NCBI GenBank assembly: GCA_015680685.1 | Contig: MNCI01001925.1 | Span: 465,573 to 529,572 of the forward strand | Length of the DNA: 64,000 nt | Direction: 5' to 3' | DNA from: Gnetum montanum | Taxonomy: Eukaryota; Plantae; Gnetophyta | Shown: positions 1-13,578 of the stretch, piece after piece | Position numbering within the stretch: position 1 is the stretch's first letter | Layout of the letters: every line of letters starts with the position of its first letter | Program-made: the position numbers and the translations under genes | The notes under the pieces: generated by a model | Seen by the model: the letters and a program-made list of their open reading frames with translations, nothing else | Told to the model about the DNA's origin: nothing | Databases searched by the model: none

Positions 1-99
1 TTGGATGTCACAAGAGTGAAAGGAGGAAAAGGGTCCTGCATGTTGTTGTGTTAATAGAATTTGGTGGCTACCTATTACTAGTGAAGGCTTAGGATGCTA

Positions 100-555
100 T
101 AAGGACTTACATGGTGTACAATAACCATTTACAAATAGATTTTTCAGATCATCACACATGGGAGTCAGAATAAGAGCATTATATGCATAACAATGGAAGT
201 ATATTAGTGTGAGTGTATTAATGCATATTGAAAATAAAATTAAGTAATTATGCTAACAATTTGATATACATGATGTGAAGAAATGAAATGAGATTTTAAG
301 CAAGGAAATGCACTTCCCCAAGATTGGGGATGTGAATTTTTATTAAATGATGTGTACAACTAATACATAGTGTCAAATAGGCACAATGGGATAGTAAGGT
401 AGTACGGTCATAGTCCCAGGCACTCTGAGGATGCAGTGCTAATAGATGAAAATGGAAATGGAGCTTACTAGTTTGTCCACTATCATGCTATGTGGGTACA
501 GGGATGGTGCTCAACCAAGTATCATGCTTAAGTGTTGAGGTGAGGTAGGTGTTAG
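100..555 (-). repeat. LTR X, left part (continues at 38479)
   Basis: Similar to LTR F 52350-52800 and LTR C 47180-47330; contiguous with 38479 once A is removed. Confidence 0.65.
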
Positions 556-3524
556 TGTAGTGACCGAAAACATCAATGGCTGGAAACACCCAGAGGTTGT
601 TGGTCGAACTAGTTTAACCCCAGATTCCTATGAGGGATGTGCTGGATAAACATCAATAATAATGAAGAAATAATGGAATAAGATAGGGTAAATAAATGCA
701 CCGCCACAAAATCGTGGGTTCAATTCTTTTCCTTGTTTGAAGTGTACAAAAAATTACACAACACTGGAAGTGCACAGAAAGTTCAAGAATGACTGAAATG
801 CTCAAAATGTGCCAGCTATGCCTTTGAGTGAGAACTTAAAAGTTAATAGTACAGAAATGCTAATGAAAAGAGCTAATGCCAAATGCCAATAGAAAAATGC
901 CAACAAAACAGCTTTCCAATTGCCAAAAATTTGCCAGCTTGCCAAAAATGCCTCAATTTGCCAACCCTTTGAGGGTATTTATAGGGCCAAGAGAAGGCGA
1001 GAGATGTATTTTAGATGCCATGTGTCCTGGACCCACGAGATGTTGACATGCCTATTTTTCATAGACGTGAAAAGCTGGTTGTTAGCTTGCTATGCTGCGA
1101 CCTTGTTGTCAAAACTGGAGATGCTAGAATCAAGTGTGTCAAAAATGTGAAGCGAGAAATGAATCACACTAATGTAGCATATCTACATGCTACGTTGCTA
1201 TGCTATGTAGTGTATCATGTCAACATAGCATAGCTACTTGCTACGCTATGCTATGCTATGTAGCATAGCACAACGTAGTCATCAATTTGAAGAAAAAACT
1301 TGTGTTGAAGTCATTAGCCCTTGCTGAAAGCCTTAGCACATGTGGGGTTAACTTTTGGAGCATTTTGTTGATCTACATTCTTTGCTATGCTATGCTATGG
1401 TACGTAGCGTAGCATAGTGTAGTGGCTGATGTAACTTGCATCTCTGTTAAAACTACGATGAGAAAACTTTGCTTGTTTTTCCCTTACTACGCTATGCTAC
1501 ACTATTTAGTGTAGCATAGCATAGCACTCTATGTTGGATGATTTCTAATTTTTCCTTGCACAAATGTTTTGCTGAAGCTTGTACTTAGACATTTGTTTGA
1601 TTTTCCAAAGGTCTGCTATGCTATGTAGTGTAGCGTAGCATAGCAAACTTGTCAGCTAGAAGACATGCTGAACTATTTTGTCCATCCTAAGCAGCATCTA
1701 AAACATCATGAAAATTGTGAATCGGCCTAAGGCGAAGACTCACAATTCAGGCAAAATTTTGCAACAGAAATCCAGAAGATAGAACAAGGCAAAGAGACAC
1801 ACAGCATCAAGTCTCCAAGTTTCTTACAAATTCCAACCTTACTTTGTTTTCTCTCTTTACGCTACATTATGCAACATAGGGTAATGTCGCTCGGCATAAC
1901 TCTGCTTAATGTTGCTTGATATCAGAAAGTAACTTGCTTCAGAGAATCCGACAAAGTTTAAGTCCTAAGTAGTGGACTACAACTTGTCGCACATGCCACT
2001 AAGTCCTTTGTTTAGGGCTGCATTTACTCTCCAGTACACAGAGCAGTGTAATGAGCTTCGAGGAAGGAAAAGTCAGAGTCCAAAGAGCATAGCAGATTGA
2101 CTTCTTTCTTGCAAATTGGTCGCTTTATGCTTATTACACTACGCAATGTTAACAAGCATAACTTATTGTGAGGTTGACTATTTGTACACTCCATTACGCT
2201 TTGCGGTGTAAATAATTGTAAAAATAAGCATAACACCTGTGGAATTCATTTCACTATGCTCTGCTACTTTACACAGCGTGAACGAGCATAATATAGCATA
2301 AATTCAGCTAAGGTAGTACCAGACACACACCTGCTATCCATACGCGACAATACGCTCATCAACATATCACATCGTAATCATGAGATGGCTTCAGCAGGAG
2401 TGGTTGACAATGTACTTTGCCCCCCTCCCCAAAAACGTGATGTGACACGACCAGTTTCAACATAAAATTTGCCAAGTCAATGACATTTTGAAAGTTTGAG
2501 ACATGTGTCATAAGGGCCGTGCCTTCTCCATGTAATGCTGAACCTATAAATACTCCAGTTGGTGGAGAAAAAAGAGGGCTTTCTCCTTTTTACAAAAATA
2601 GAAGACAATGTTTGAGCATTGGCGGCAGGAGTAATCAATCTTTTGGCAAAAATACAGCTCTCTTCATTGGCGATCATTAGCAGCTTTGAGCAAAGACTAC
2701 CGAAGGCAAAAAGAGTAGATCAAAGATCGAGAGATCATTTGGTATGATTGGCAAGGTTTATTGATCAGAAACAGTTGATCGATAGACATCCAGACTTGAC
2801 CTTCCTTGCATTCCACCTTTGGCTTATGAGGTAGACCGAGCTTCATTCTGTACTTCCTTTTGAATAGTTTTCTTGTTGTTTTGTGTATGTTTCACACAAG
2901 ATAAATGGAGTTTGCTATTAGAACTTTGTATACAATATACTCAGTCTTCGAATCAAAACATAGATCTTGGAATTGCGCATCTTTTCTAAATATGATCTTC
3001 CTTGTCACGTTAACATTGTCGTTATTTCAAGTTATTTACATTGTTTTCTACTCCTTCTATGATTCATCGAATCAATTTGTTTCATGGAATATCTATATAA
3101 TACGTACATTATCGTGATATTCATTGATTTACTGGTTCAGTCCCTATCTGATCGACAAGACCATTCAGTGCACCGCGGATTCGTTTTCTCTAGCACGGCC
3201 CTAGCATGGATCCGTGGTTAAGACTGTGTACATGGATCTTCGCTTAGTATTTCCAATGACTAACATTTTCTATCGTTACACCATTGACAACTCCAATCAT
3301 GGTTTCTGAATAGACTTTCAATTGGGTGAATCACCTAGGTGGCTAGGCAGGAGAGTCCATTGAGCCTATCAGCTCTGGAGATAGAAAACTTGCCGAACTG
3401 AATAGTCTAAGCTTAGTGCATTCATTTCCTACCAAAATATCATGACACTACACTTGTAAAATTTTTTACCTCATTTCTAAGACCCTGGTGAAGCAAGAGT
3501 GCCTTGGAATTTTATGGTGTTTCA
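556..3524 (-). repeat. 3' LTR of element A (interrupted by solo LTR 1699-3280; lacks about 150 bp present in the 5' LTR)
   Basis: Colinear with 36950-38473 (e.g. gcctttgagtgagaacttaa, gccaaaaatgcctcaatttgccaaccctttgag). Followed directly by the PPT. Minus-strand TATA (tatttatag) near 976. Confidence 0.9.
1699..3280 (+). mobile_element. Solo LTR inserted in the 3' LTR of A, related to the element G LTR, opposite orientation
   Basis: Absent from the 5' LTR of A. Ends TAAAACATC (decayed TGAAACACC)...CGTTACA. Its 3' end is the reverse complement of 56708-56850. Degenerate TSD GCATC/CCATT. TATAAATA near 2546. Confidence 0.8.
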
Positions 3525-3540
3525 TTTTCCCCTCTTTGTT
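3525..3540 (-). promoter_or_regulatory. Polypurine tract of element A
   Basis: Minus strand AACAAAGAGGGGAAAA abuts the TGAAACACC start of the 3' LTR. Confidence 0.85.
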
Positions 3541-4906
3541 GATGTCTAGTGGATGGGCCTGAGAGACACCGATAAAGAATACGAAACACCACAAAAGACA
3601 AGATGTTAACATTGCTCTTCAGTGATCATCGAGATGTCTCTTAGCTATGCTTGAGAGTTCTAGGATAGTTATGTAGGAAAATGAAAAAAAAGGTGGAGCT
3701 ATGAGGATAGTTTTAGGAAGGGAAAGAAGTAGCAATGTGGTCCCTCATTGGAGTGCTTGTGAGGGAGTCAATATGCATGAGCATATTTCTTTTGTAGGAA
3801 TCCAACCTCTCATTAGAATGCTTAGAGATGGTCCATGTGAAACAGCTGATGGGCCATTTGTTTTAGGTATGCACATTTTTTTTTGTGTGACCTTTTGTTC
3901 CTTTACACTTTTCCTTTTCCATTTTGCCATTTTCATTTGCAAAAAACCTTATTATTCCAAGATAGGTGTCTCTTTCCTAGGATGAGTTTCATTACATCCA
4001 CGTGGGACTTTAGCCTACCTACAGATGCTTCCCATGTGGCAAGTTGTGTTACGCATGTCATGGACTTTGTGGTTGAGCATATGGGAGGGATTTACACACA
4101 TCAGGAAATTTTGTAAAAGGTGGTATAAGAGGGAGAATGGTAGGTTTATGAGACGAGGTGAAGGAGGATAAAGAGGAGGATAGGATGTGCACTTCCAAGT
4201 AGCCAAGCTAGTTAGGACGACCACCTTGGAACGATGTAGTGCCCTACCTTCTTGGGGAAATGCACCCCTATCCGATGTCGCTTCAACACATACAATGCAA
4301 AAAAAATAGAGAGAAAACCAGAAGAAAAATCATCAAGTGAAACAAAGGAAAAGGTCTTTCTTGCTTTGGATGATACTAGAACACTAGACATTTTTGTTGA
4401 GGCATGCGACGTCCAAACTAGAAATGCTAGTAGCAGGTTTGGCACCATCAGGGTGGAGAGGTAGGCACCAGGAGGCTAGGAATTATGGTGATGCGAGTGC
4501 TCAGGAGTCCTTGCTCAAGGAAAAAATCATGCAGTTCAGTTGTGAGATGGGCTACCCAACTATTGAATTTCTTTTGGGCTTAGGTATTGGTGCGGGTCAA
4601 AGGATAGCAACATTGTGGCTAGGCCACAATAGTGCTAGGACTCCAATAGTAAGCGCTGACCATAGAGGCTACTACTAGGGTGAAGGGCCATGGTAGTAGT
4701 AGCTCTGGAAGGTCAGTAAGATGTCATATGACATCTCTAGAGGATCAGCAAGATGCCAGGGTTAGTGTCATTGCATATATTATAGAGGGTGTTTTCCTAG
4801 AATCGTGAATTACATTCTGGAATTGCAACTTCACATCCCCTATTAGCACTATACATGCTCTCTTTTTTGTAGAGTCATGGATGCATGTTGAGGACATGCC
4901 GAGAAC

Positions 4907-5387
4907 CTAGTTTAAGGTCCTGGTAGACCATATGATGTGCTAGTTTAAGTTCTAGTAGACCGTGATGCACTATTTTAAGGTCCTAGCAGACCTTTGTGGT
5001 AGTTTATCATTGTAACAAACTATGGCTATGGTAGTTTAACATCCTAGCTGACCGTCTATGCCAGTTTAACATCATAGTAGATAGTTACTATGCTAGTTTA
5101 AGGTCCTAGTAGACCACTATGCTAGTTTAAGATCCCAGAAGACCACAGTGCTAGTTTATCATCATAGTGGATAGTGGATAGGTTAGTTTAAAATCATAGT
5201 AGGCCATCTGTGTGAGTTTAACATTGTAGTAGATGTACTTTACTAGTTTTATGTCATGGTGGGTAGTCTGTGCTAGTTTAAAGTCATGGCAGACTATCTG
5301 TGCTAGTTTATAGTCATAGCGGACTGCCTTTGCCAATTTTACATCATAGTGGATGAGCTTTTCCATTTTTACATCATAGCAGATGAT
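4907..5387 (-). repeat. Hairpin-UAAACUAG array downstream of pol (A), period about 30 bp
   Basis: Repeated gctagtttWa followed by GGTC-N6-GACC, AGTC-N6-GACT or CATC-N6-GATG. Confidence 0.9.
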
Positions 5388-5419
5388 TTTTTACCTTGCT
5401 TATGCATCAGATGTAGTAT

Positions 5420-8400
5420 GGCTTGATATACAAATGATTCATAAGATTTTCAAACTCGTTGCCATCAATGTCTGCTAGCTTGAAGGCTTTGTTCCCATAG
5501 GCTTTTGTGACCATAAATGGACCTTCCTAGTTTGCTGAGAATTTGTTCATATGCTCATTGATAGCCTTGAGAATGAGGTCCCCTTTTTTTACCAACTGTT
5601 GATGTGGGTTTGCATGGTGCTTCTACCATTACTTATTTTGAAATTTCTCTATGCGAACAAGTGTTTTCATGTGCTCCTACTCAATGGAGTTGAGGTTGAT
5701 GATCCTCAACTTATTGTTCTAGGCTTTGCTTACAATGTTTGATAGGATCATTCGAAGTGAGGGTACCTATAGATCAAGAGGAAACAACACTTCAAATCCA
5801 TAAATAAGATTGTAAGGAGCCTTACCTATTTCAATCCTACATGTCGTCTTGTAAGCCCATAACACATAGAGGATTTTCTTGTGCCATCGCCTCTTGCTAT
5901 TGTTAAGCATTTTCTTGAGCAAGTGGATGATGGCTTTGTTTGTAGTTTTCGCTAGCCCGTTTGCCCCCAGGTAGTATGGCAAGGAGAATGATTTCCTAAT
6001 GCCAAGGTTGCTGCAGAAGGTTTTGGTTTCTGCACTACAAAATTATGGCCCGTTGTCATTCACAATTGTCATGGGAAGTCCAAACCTCATCACAATGTTA
6101 TCTAATATGAAGTGGCAAAACTATTGAGATGTAGTCTTCATAAGGGGAATAGCCTCCACCCACTTTGTAAACTACTCAATAGTGGTGATGATGAAGCTAT
6201 GCCCTACAAAAGACTTAGGCATGATATGTCCTACGATGTCTAGTCCCCATCATTGGAATGGACATGTGATCTATGTTGGGTGCAATTCTATAGGTGAAAC
6301 GTGTATGAGACTTGTGTATCATTGGCACATATCACAAGTCTTGACTTTGGCTAGGTAATCATGCTCCACGTGAGGCTAGTAGTACCCTAGGCATCTGATT
6401 TTGCTGTCATGGCCCTAGGTGCTATGTATCAACCACACAGTCCCTCGTGTACTACATTAATGACCTTCTGCGCTTGCTTCCCATTTATGGATGCTAGCAA
6501 TATCTCATTAAAGGAGCACTTGCACAAGGTGTTGTCTCCCATGAGTGCTTATGTTTGAGCATGCTTGCGGATCGCATCCCTCTGGGTAGATGTCAATCCA
6601 CATGGGGGCTCATCATGTTGCAGGTAGGTTTTAATGTTGGCATACCACTTCTAGGTATCCACAATGATAACAGAGGCTACGTGTACCACGTGAGTGATAG
6701 GCTCCATACACTTGGTAATTAAAGTAGTCAAACTTGCAAACAGGTGTGGTGACACATTCAATGCTAAGGTGACCAGGGCATTTGCTATGGTGTTTTCATT
6801 GTAGGGCACGTGTTGAACGTCCATTGTTGCAAACTGTTTAAGTAAACATTTTTCTAGGTCGTAATAGGACTGAAAATAAGTAGCCTTGCAGGCATAGGCC
6901 TCAGTGATTTGATTCACAATGAGTTTTGAATCACCTTGAATCACCAGATGTTGAATTTTTAGTGCTTGGGCTACTAAGAGACCCCTGAGGAGTCCTTCGT
7001 ACTCTGCTATGTTATTCATACAAAGGAACATGAACCGATAAGCGAACGGCTAAATTTCACAAAAGGGGAATGTGATGATGGCCACTATGCTACAACCACA
7101 AGTAGTCGAGGCACTATCGAAGTGTAAAGTAGCTTCGAGATGAGATGGAACAGCGTTGATGGTGTTAACGTTCTCATCATGGAATTCAGGTTCTATGATT
7201 TCCCAATAGTTGATGGGTGAGGTCGTGAGTTGCGTTGCTATAGCTTGACCCTTCATTGATGATTGGCTCACATAATGCAAGTTAAATTCCTCTATTATGG
7301 CTTTCCACAGGGCTATCCTGCTACTTTTGTACAGGTTGTTCATGATAGCCTGGAGTACATTGCTTTTGCAAATGATGTTAACTTTGCTATGAAACAAGTA
7401 ATGCCTCCATATTTTAATGCAAAAACTAAGGCAAGGTAATTTCTCTCCACCTCATTTTATGTTTCCTCATATTCTATTAATGCATGACTTAAGTAATACA
7501 CTAGAATCTCATAGCCGTTGTCTCACTTTTGACATAACAGTGCCATGATAGACGTGTTTGAGGTGGCAAGGTAGATGTAGAAAGGCTTATCCCTCTACGA
7601 TGGGTAAATAGTTGAGAGGTATGAAAGCTCTTTCTTCAAATCATCGAAGGCTTTTTGGCATTGTGTTTTCCATTGAAAGTTAACCCCTTTCTTCAGTAAG
7701 TGTTGCATGGGGTGTAACTTTTCAATCAACTTTTCTATAAACCTTCTGATCAACTATATCCTACCTTGCAACCCGAGAAATTCTTTAAGGTTTTTAGGAG
7801 GTGCAAGATTAACAATGGCCTTAACTTTGTTAGGATTCACTCTTATTCTAGCCTCTGATACTACAAACCCTAACATGTGTCCAATTCTGACCCCGAAGAT
7901 ATACTTTTTTTGGTTGAGGCGTAGATCATGCATCTAGCAACGTTTAAGGACTACACCTAGATCATTGGGATGATTAGAAACCTCTTTATATTTGATTACT
8001 ATATGATCCATGTACTTGTTTAGTGTTTCTAGGATGTAGTCACTAAAGCTATATGTCATGGCTCTCTGGTAAGTTGCTTCGGCATTCTTGAGCCCAAATG
8101 GCATCATAGTGTAACAAAAAGTACCCAATGGGGTCATGAAAGTTGTTGTTAATTGATGCTCTAGGTTGATGTGAATTTGGTTGTAGCCAAAGAAACCATC
8201 CATGAAGGATAATAGAGCATGACCAGCCATAGTGTCGATGAGTTGATCAATACTTAGCAATGGGAAGTTGTCCTTGATCGTTGCTCTATTCAGATCCCAG
8301 AAGTCTATACAGATTTGTATTCCTCCCATTTTCTTTAAAACCACAATAATGTTTGACATCCATTCTCAGTAATCAACTACCTAGATGAATCCAACTTGAT

Positions 8401-8874
8401 ACAGCTTGGTGATTTCATCGCATATGGCTGGTGTGATCTCTGGTTTAACCTTGTGAGCCTTTTTATTAACTGCTTTCATATGTAGGTCCAACATAATGTT
8501 ATGTTGTATAAGCCTTTGTTCGAAGCTTATAATGTCATTATAGGACCACGCAAAAACCTCAATGTTGTCTTGTAGTATTTTGGATACATCTTTATGTGTT
8601 TGCAAATCTAGGAGGGAGCTAAGTTTTAATGTTTTTTTCTTCCCCCCTGGATGTAGTCATAGGCGTTTCAATGAGAGGGTCCTCAGTTATAACCCCCCTC
8701 TAATTCTAAGGCTTGGACTAGGTGTTCAAGCTAGTCTGTAGATGTTTCTAAGGATGCTACTATGGTATTTATGGATGATTCCTAGTCTATTGACTTTGGG
8801 TTCAGTTGTCTTGCAAGCTTACCATGTGGACCTGTCAAGGCTAGAGGTGAAGAAAGATCACGATGCATTGCCAT
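5420..8874 (-). pseudogene. pol: pol of element A (RT - RNase H - archaeal-type RNase H - integrase), degenerate
   Basis: RT: ICIDFWDLN, LSFMDGFFGYNQI, YTMMPFGLKNA. aRH: TLHFDSAS, NNIAEYEGLLRGL, IQGDSKLIVNQ. INT: WHKKILYVLWAYKTT, APYNLIYG. Many stops and frameshifts. Confidence 0.93.
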
Positions 8875-9017
8875 TCTTTCTTAGCTTGCCATAATGAGAT
8901 AAATGCAAAGTCAAGTGATACTTTTTTGTGGAAACATGCATAGAAAACATTTGCAAATCAATAATGAAATATCGACAGTTGAAATAATTGTAAATCAGGA
9001 TACAAAATTTGTAATCT

Positions 9018-9395
9018 TCCAGTTTAAGGTCGTAGCAGACCACCTGAATGTAAAAGTTTAAAACTACTAGTTTAAGGTCTTTGCAGACTGCTAACTTGGT
9101 TGAGTTTATAAGTTAAGAATATTAGTTTAAGGTATTTGTAGACCACTAACGGGTTATGTCAAAAGTATTAGTTTAAGGTCTTTATGGACTGCTAACAGGT
9201 TGTGTTTATAAATTGAAAGTATTAGTTTAAGGTCTTTGCAGAGCGCTACCGAGTTGAAATTGTGAATAAAAATTGCTAGTTTAAGGCCTTTGCGGACCAA
9301 TAACAAGTTATGTTTGTGAAGGTAAGTATTAGTTTAAGGTCTTTGTGGACCACTAACGAGTTATTCATGCAAAGGAAAATAGCTAGTTTAAGGTG
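9018..9395 (-). repeat. Hairpin-UAAACUAG array upstream of pol (A), period about 50-60 bp
   Basis: About 8 copies of tagtttaaggtctttgcagacc-like units. Confidence 0.88.
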
Positions 9396-9669
9396 GGTCA
9401 AGGTTTCAGTCGGGCCCACCTAACAAGATGCAAACTATGTTGCTACGCTATGGTGGAAATGCTTAGCTATATGGAACATCCCACATTAATCAAGATGAGA
9501 AAATGGTAGGTTTATTTTCACCGTATTGGCCATAAAGAGGGGTTTACCCCTAGTAAACTCATCATTTTTATTGTAAGAGTGTAGAGCCCACATACAAAGC
9601 ATAGAGTAGTTGTGCTAACAAAGAGCAAGGTAGTTTACCATAGCAACTGAGAAGGAATCTACAACTAAT

Positions 9670-12600
9670 GCAATGTCATCCAAGAGAGAACACAAACACC
9701 TAATGCTCGTCAAGTAGACAAGGTGAAAGACACCCTAGGGCCTCTATCATAGGTGTACATTGTAGTGCGGGAGGAAACTCTGTCGGCCTGGTAAGTTGCT
9801 ACACTTCTTCTATTTTTCATGCTACTATACTTTTTTCTGCTTTATTTTTGTTTCTATTTTTTTGTGTTAAAATTTTTTTTGTCATTGTTTTTGCTATTAT
9901 TTTTGCCATTACACTGCTGCTGTTGCCGATTCAGCCATGACGGTGTACAGACGCTATGCTAAGGTTGCATGCAACGTTGCCTAGACCACCATTACTGTGG
10001 CTACCTTGCCAAAGAGGTTTAGTTGACTATGGCAACCTAGTATGCAAATAGTTTAGTGTACGACCTTCAGGAGTGTTTGGCCATGCGTTTGATTTGACAA
10101 CATAACCCATGTCTATTACACTATAGTGCAAATCATTTTATCAGGCAAAATTTTTTTTGAAACAGCTATAGTGCATTGAATTATTTCTTGTTTACAAATG
10201 TGTATTTAAATTTTTTTTGTGGTTCTGCTATGCTATTTCCTTCATGCTTTTGCTATGCTACATGCATGGGGAAAGTTATGCTACATTTTCTACTAATGGC
10301 TAATCTTTCTACGCTACACACGAATGTTGGCCAAACATGATGTTAACATTTTTCATTGTGTTGTGTAGGGTAATGCTAAGGCCAATTTTGATCATCCTAT
10401 AAATTGTAGCAATCTTGTGCTACATAAGCAAACCGGTGGCCAATGTTCCTCCACCTCACATGTGTGTGGGGTAGCAAGCAGTCTGGTTCCATGAAGGTAC
10501 ATTGGACATCCTACAATTTCTCCTCCAACACTTTACTGTGATCATTTGGTCACAATTATCAGAAGAGGTAGTAGCCATAATTACAGAAATCCTTTTTCCT
10601 AGGGTGAACCGGGGTATTCTAAAATTCTTAACCAATGGAGAAATCAGGAGTAGGCAAGTCAACGGATCCAGTCAGCATCCAAAAAACTTGAGGCATCCAG
10701 CTTGGATCTGGGAAATGCCCAAATATAATTGCTACCATGTATACAACATGTTGTTCATTGCTCGTGACATGGGAACTTCTTTTTAGAACCCACCAAGAAC
10801 TGTTTAATGTGCTGGTGGCTGAGTTTTGTAAACATATTCTGCTATGCTATGCAATGCATGCTAGACTAGGCCAAAATTTTAACAGTGTATTTTTGTTACC
10901 AACTATTTCATCAACAAGAATGGACTTCATAGTGATTCTGATGCCTTGGCCTTGGCACAAATGGCTCTATGGGAGTTTTCCTCAGCTAAGAATATGCACA
11001 TAGGCATGATAGGTCAATGAGGGGGTGAATACCAAGCCTATCGAAACCGGTACTCCCAGTTCTACAATAGATGCAAGGAGTTTGGTTGGATGGATGGGGA
11101 TTGGGCACTGTTTAAGCCAATCACCATTGAAGATGTGTCGATGGATCTCCCACCATTCCCATCACCATTTAAACCTGGTAAGCTAAGTTGTGAATTGTTT
11201 GCATGTTTGAATGTTGTTCCTATATTTATGTTATTTTTTTGTTTCATCGAAGTTTTTTTTTTGCTTTTTTCTGTTGTAAACTGCTGCAATGGTGAAGAAA
11301 TCCTAGGAGGTGATGGTGATCACCTTTGGGCATAACGAGACTAACATTTACTTCAAGTACGGGGAGGTGGATGAGACCCAACACTAGCTTTGCAATGGGG
11401 TCTCGAAATCGGTTGCCAAAAATCTTCGAGAAATTGGGCTTATGGACCTGTTCTTGTCTATAAACCCAAGCATCCCTGCTGCTGAGATGTTTTCCCTAGC
11501 TGACTCCTTTTCTGAAAAAGAGGACCACTTCTGCACGCGTGTGCATGGTGTGCTGGCGATCCTTGAGATCAATGACAAACTATTTGTGGACATCTTTAGT
11601 GTCCCTGTTGATGGCCTTCCCATATGAGCAAATACCAAAAAGGAGGTGAACCATCAGGGGGACACTGAGGAGTGGCTAGGGGCAAAGAAAAGGAAAAAGT
11701 GGATGCCCATGTAGACGGCTATGCTGAAAGTGGCTAAAACAGTTTACCCCATCCACTATGCCCATGCTTTCCCCAAGCCACTTTCCCAAGGAAAAATAAT
11801 TGGGATTGATAAAGCTTCGGTAATGAGGAAGGTTGTGGAAGAGGAGGCCCATTACAACTAGGCCAAGCATCTCTGCAAAGGTTTGCAAGCTGAAATGGTC
11901 AAGCTTCATAAGAAGCTTGATTCCTATTTCAATGTCCATCATGCCTTCTTCATAGCTTGCTTATGTCAATTCGAAGAATTCTTAGTAGTCCATGAGAATG
12001 GAGTCTAGGTGATGCAAGATCATAACCATATTTCTAAACCATGGATTTACCAAGTCTTTCAAACCACCCAAGGCCAGGATCCCCCAGAGGCTATTGGGGA
12101 GTCATTTTCAATAACGACTAGGGATCGGGTGGCCCGCAACTTTCGTGGCTAGGACAATGTCAGAGAGGTAGCCCCTGCTACTATGGGTAGCATATCNTCA
12201 TGGCTAGGACAATGTCAGAGAGGTAGCCCCTGCTACTATGGGTAGCATATCACAAGGAAAACACCTCATTGCTAAGACGGTGGCCACTAAGTTGTAGCGA
12301 AAAAGGTCTCATCGAATTGAGGAGCCTCCTCGTACGGACGAAGAAGGAGGGTAGAAACTATGGTTTAAGTTATCCAAAATATACTCTCCCATTGGTAAAT
12401 GCTATTCCTATTTTTATGTTTGTTATTTTTTTTATTTGATTGATTCTATCTACACTATGCTACACTATGTAGCATAGTATAGTGTAGCATTGGTTTTAAA
12501 TTAGTATGCCTTAGCCTAATGTGAACATGCTTTACTACTAGAGGAAGAAAAAGAAGAGGGAGCAAGAGAAGAGGTGAAGACCCCAAAAATAGGAGCAGCT

Positions 12601-13578
12601 AATAAAAGTGAAAGGGCCCTGGCCATAGAGGAAAGGGCACCGGTCAAGAGAGAAGGAGCTCCTACCACAAAGGAAGGCTCTCCCGTCGATGAAGAAAATG
12701 CTCCTGCTGATGAGGAGGACATTTCTGCAGATGAGGAGGACTCCTTTGTTGATGAGGAGGATGCTGGAACCACAAAGAGAAGGACCCAAATGAATAAAGA
12801 AAGGGCCCTTGTTAGCCAAGAAGGAACCTCTGCTGACGATCTCTTTGCTAAACATAATTTAGTGCCAGAGGAGCTAATGGACATGGAGGGTGCTGCCATG
12901 GTGTTAAGCCAACAAGAAGGAGGGGAACTACAACTAGATGCTGGTGATTTTGATTGTATATTGAATAGTATGTTGATGGGTGATCCCCCTACTATCACCC
13001 TTGAGGGTTTGCTAAGTAGGAGCCTTTACACTATCAGTTGTGTTACTTGTTAGCTTTATTGCATCCCTCTCAATTATACTGAACACATTTTCATTCCATA
13101 GTAGACACCGCAGTTAACATTGTAGGCCCTTCTTTGATCCACCTATGACCATGGGCTGAGACCCATGATAAGCTTATGTTCATGCAAGGGGTGGTTGGCG
13201 ACATGATTGACCATTTCAAGTAGATTGATCAAGAAGTGGGTAAGTGATGTAGCTACACTAAACTTCTTTAAGTTACTAGGCTAGACCTTTGAGTTGCTAA
13301 ACTTTGCTATGCTATTGTGACTAATGCATTTTCATGTGCGGTCGATAGCTTCTTGTCTTAAGTGGGACCCAAATCAAGCAGTTAAGGTTGGTGTTGTGCC
13401 TGCATTCCCATCGAAAGTGACCGAGGTGCCTCTTCACATATACGATGAGGCTAGAAAATGCACGTTGCACTAGGCCCACTCCATATGGGAGTGTAGGCAT
13501 GTGAATGAAGACCTGTGGAAATGGGTCTAGAAGTTGGAGAGGGAGAAGACCAATCTAACCACCAAGGTGGGAGACCTC
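9670..13578 (+). pseudogene. Antisense multi-exon accessory gene of A, 5' part (FCP1/NIF-like domain, central domain, acidic region); split by element B
   Basis: Translations align with gene B: VWFHEG..FLLQHFTVIIWS, NPP, CKEFGWMDGDW, GLMDLF, HYN*AKHL, LKWD. Donors at 9791, 11178 and 12395 and the acceptor before 10369 correspond to B. The start position is approximate. Confidence 0.8.

Noticed and set aside
920-1233. Short ORFs within LTRs (also 37278-37757 and 13762-14323)
   Set aside because: Reading frames are not preserved between paired LTRs and there are no recognisable motifs.
5151-5366. Repetitive-peptide ORFs (also 32544-32732 and 45075-45263)
   Set aside because: They are translations of the hairpin arrays; frame and strand are not conserved between copies.
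9018-9395. Repeat-spacer appearance suggesting a CRISPR array
   Set aside because: The context is a eukaryotic retrotransposon, repeats are degenerate, spacers resemble each other and there are no cas genes.
12144-12252. Exact tandem duplication of about 54 bp in gene A
   Set aside because: The junction contains an N (12197); contig-overlap artefact.
12516-12998. Ser-rich 160-aa minus-strand ORF and other antisense ORFs such as 18450-18827 and 25378-25791
   Set aside because: They are shadow frames of the acidic accessory exon, pol or gag on the opposite strand.
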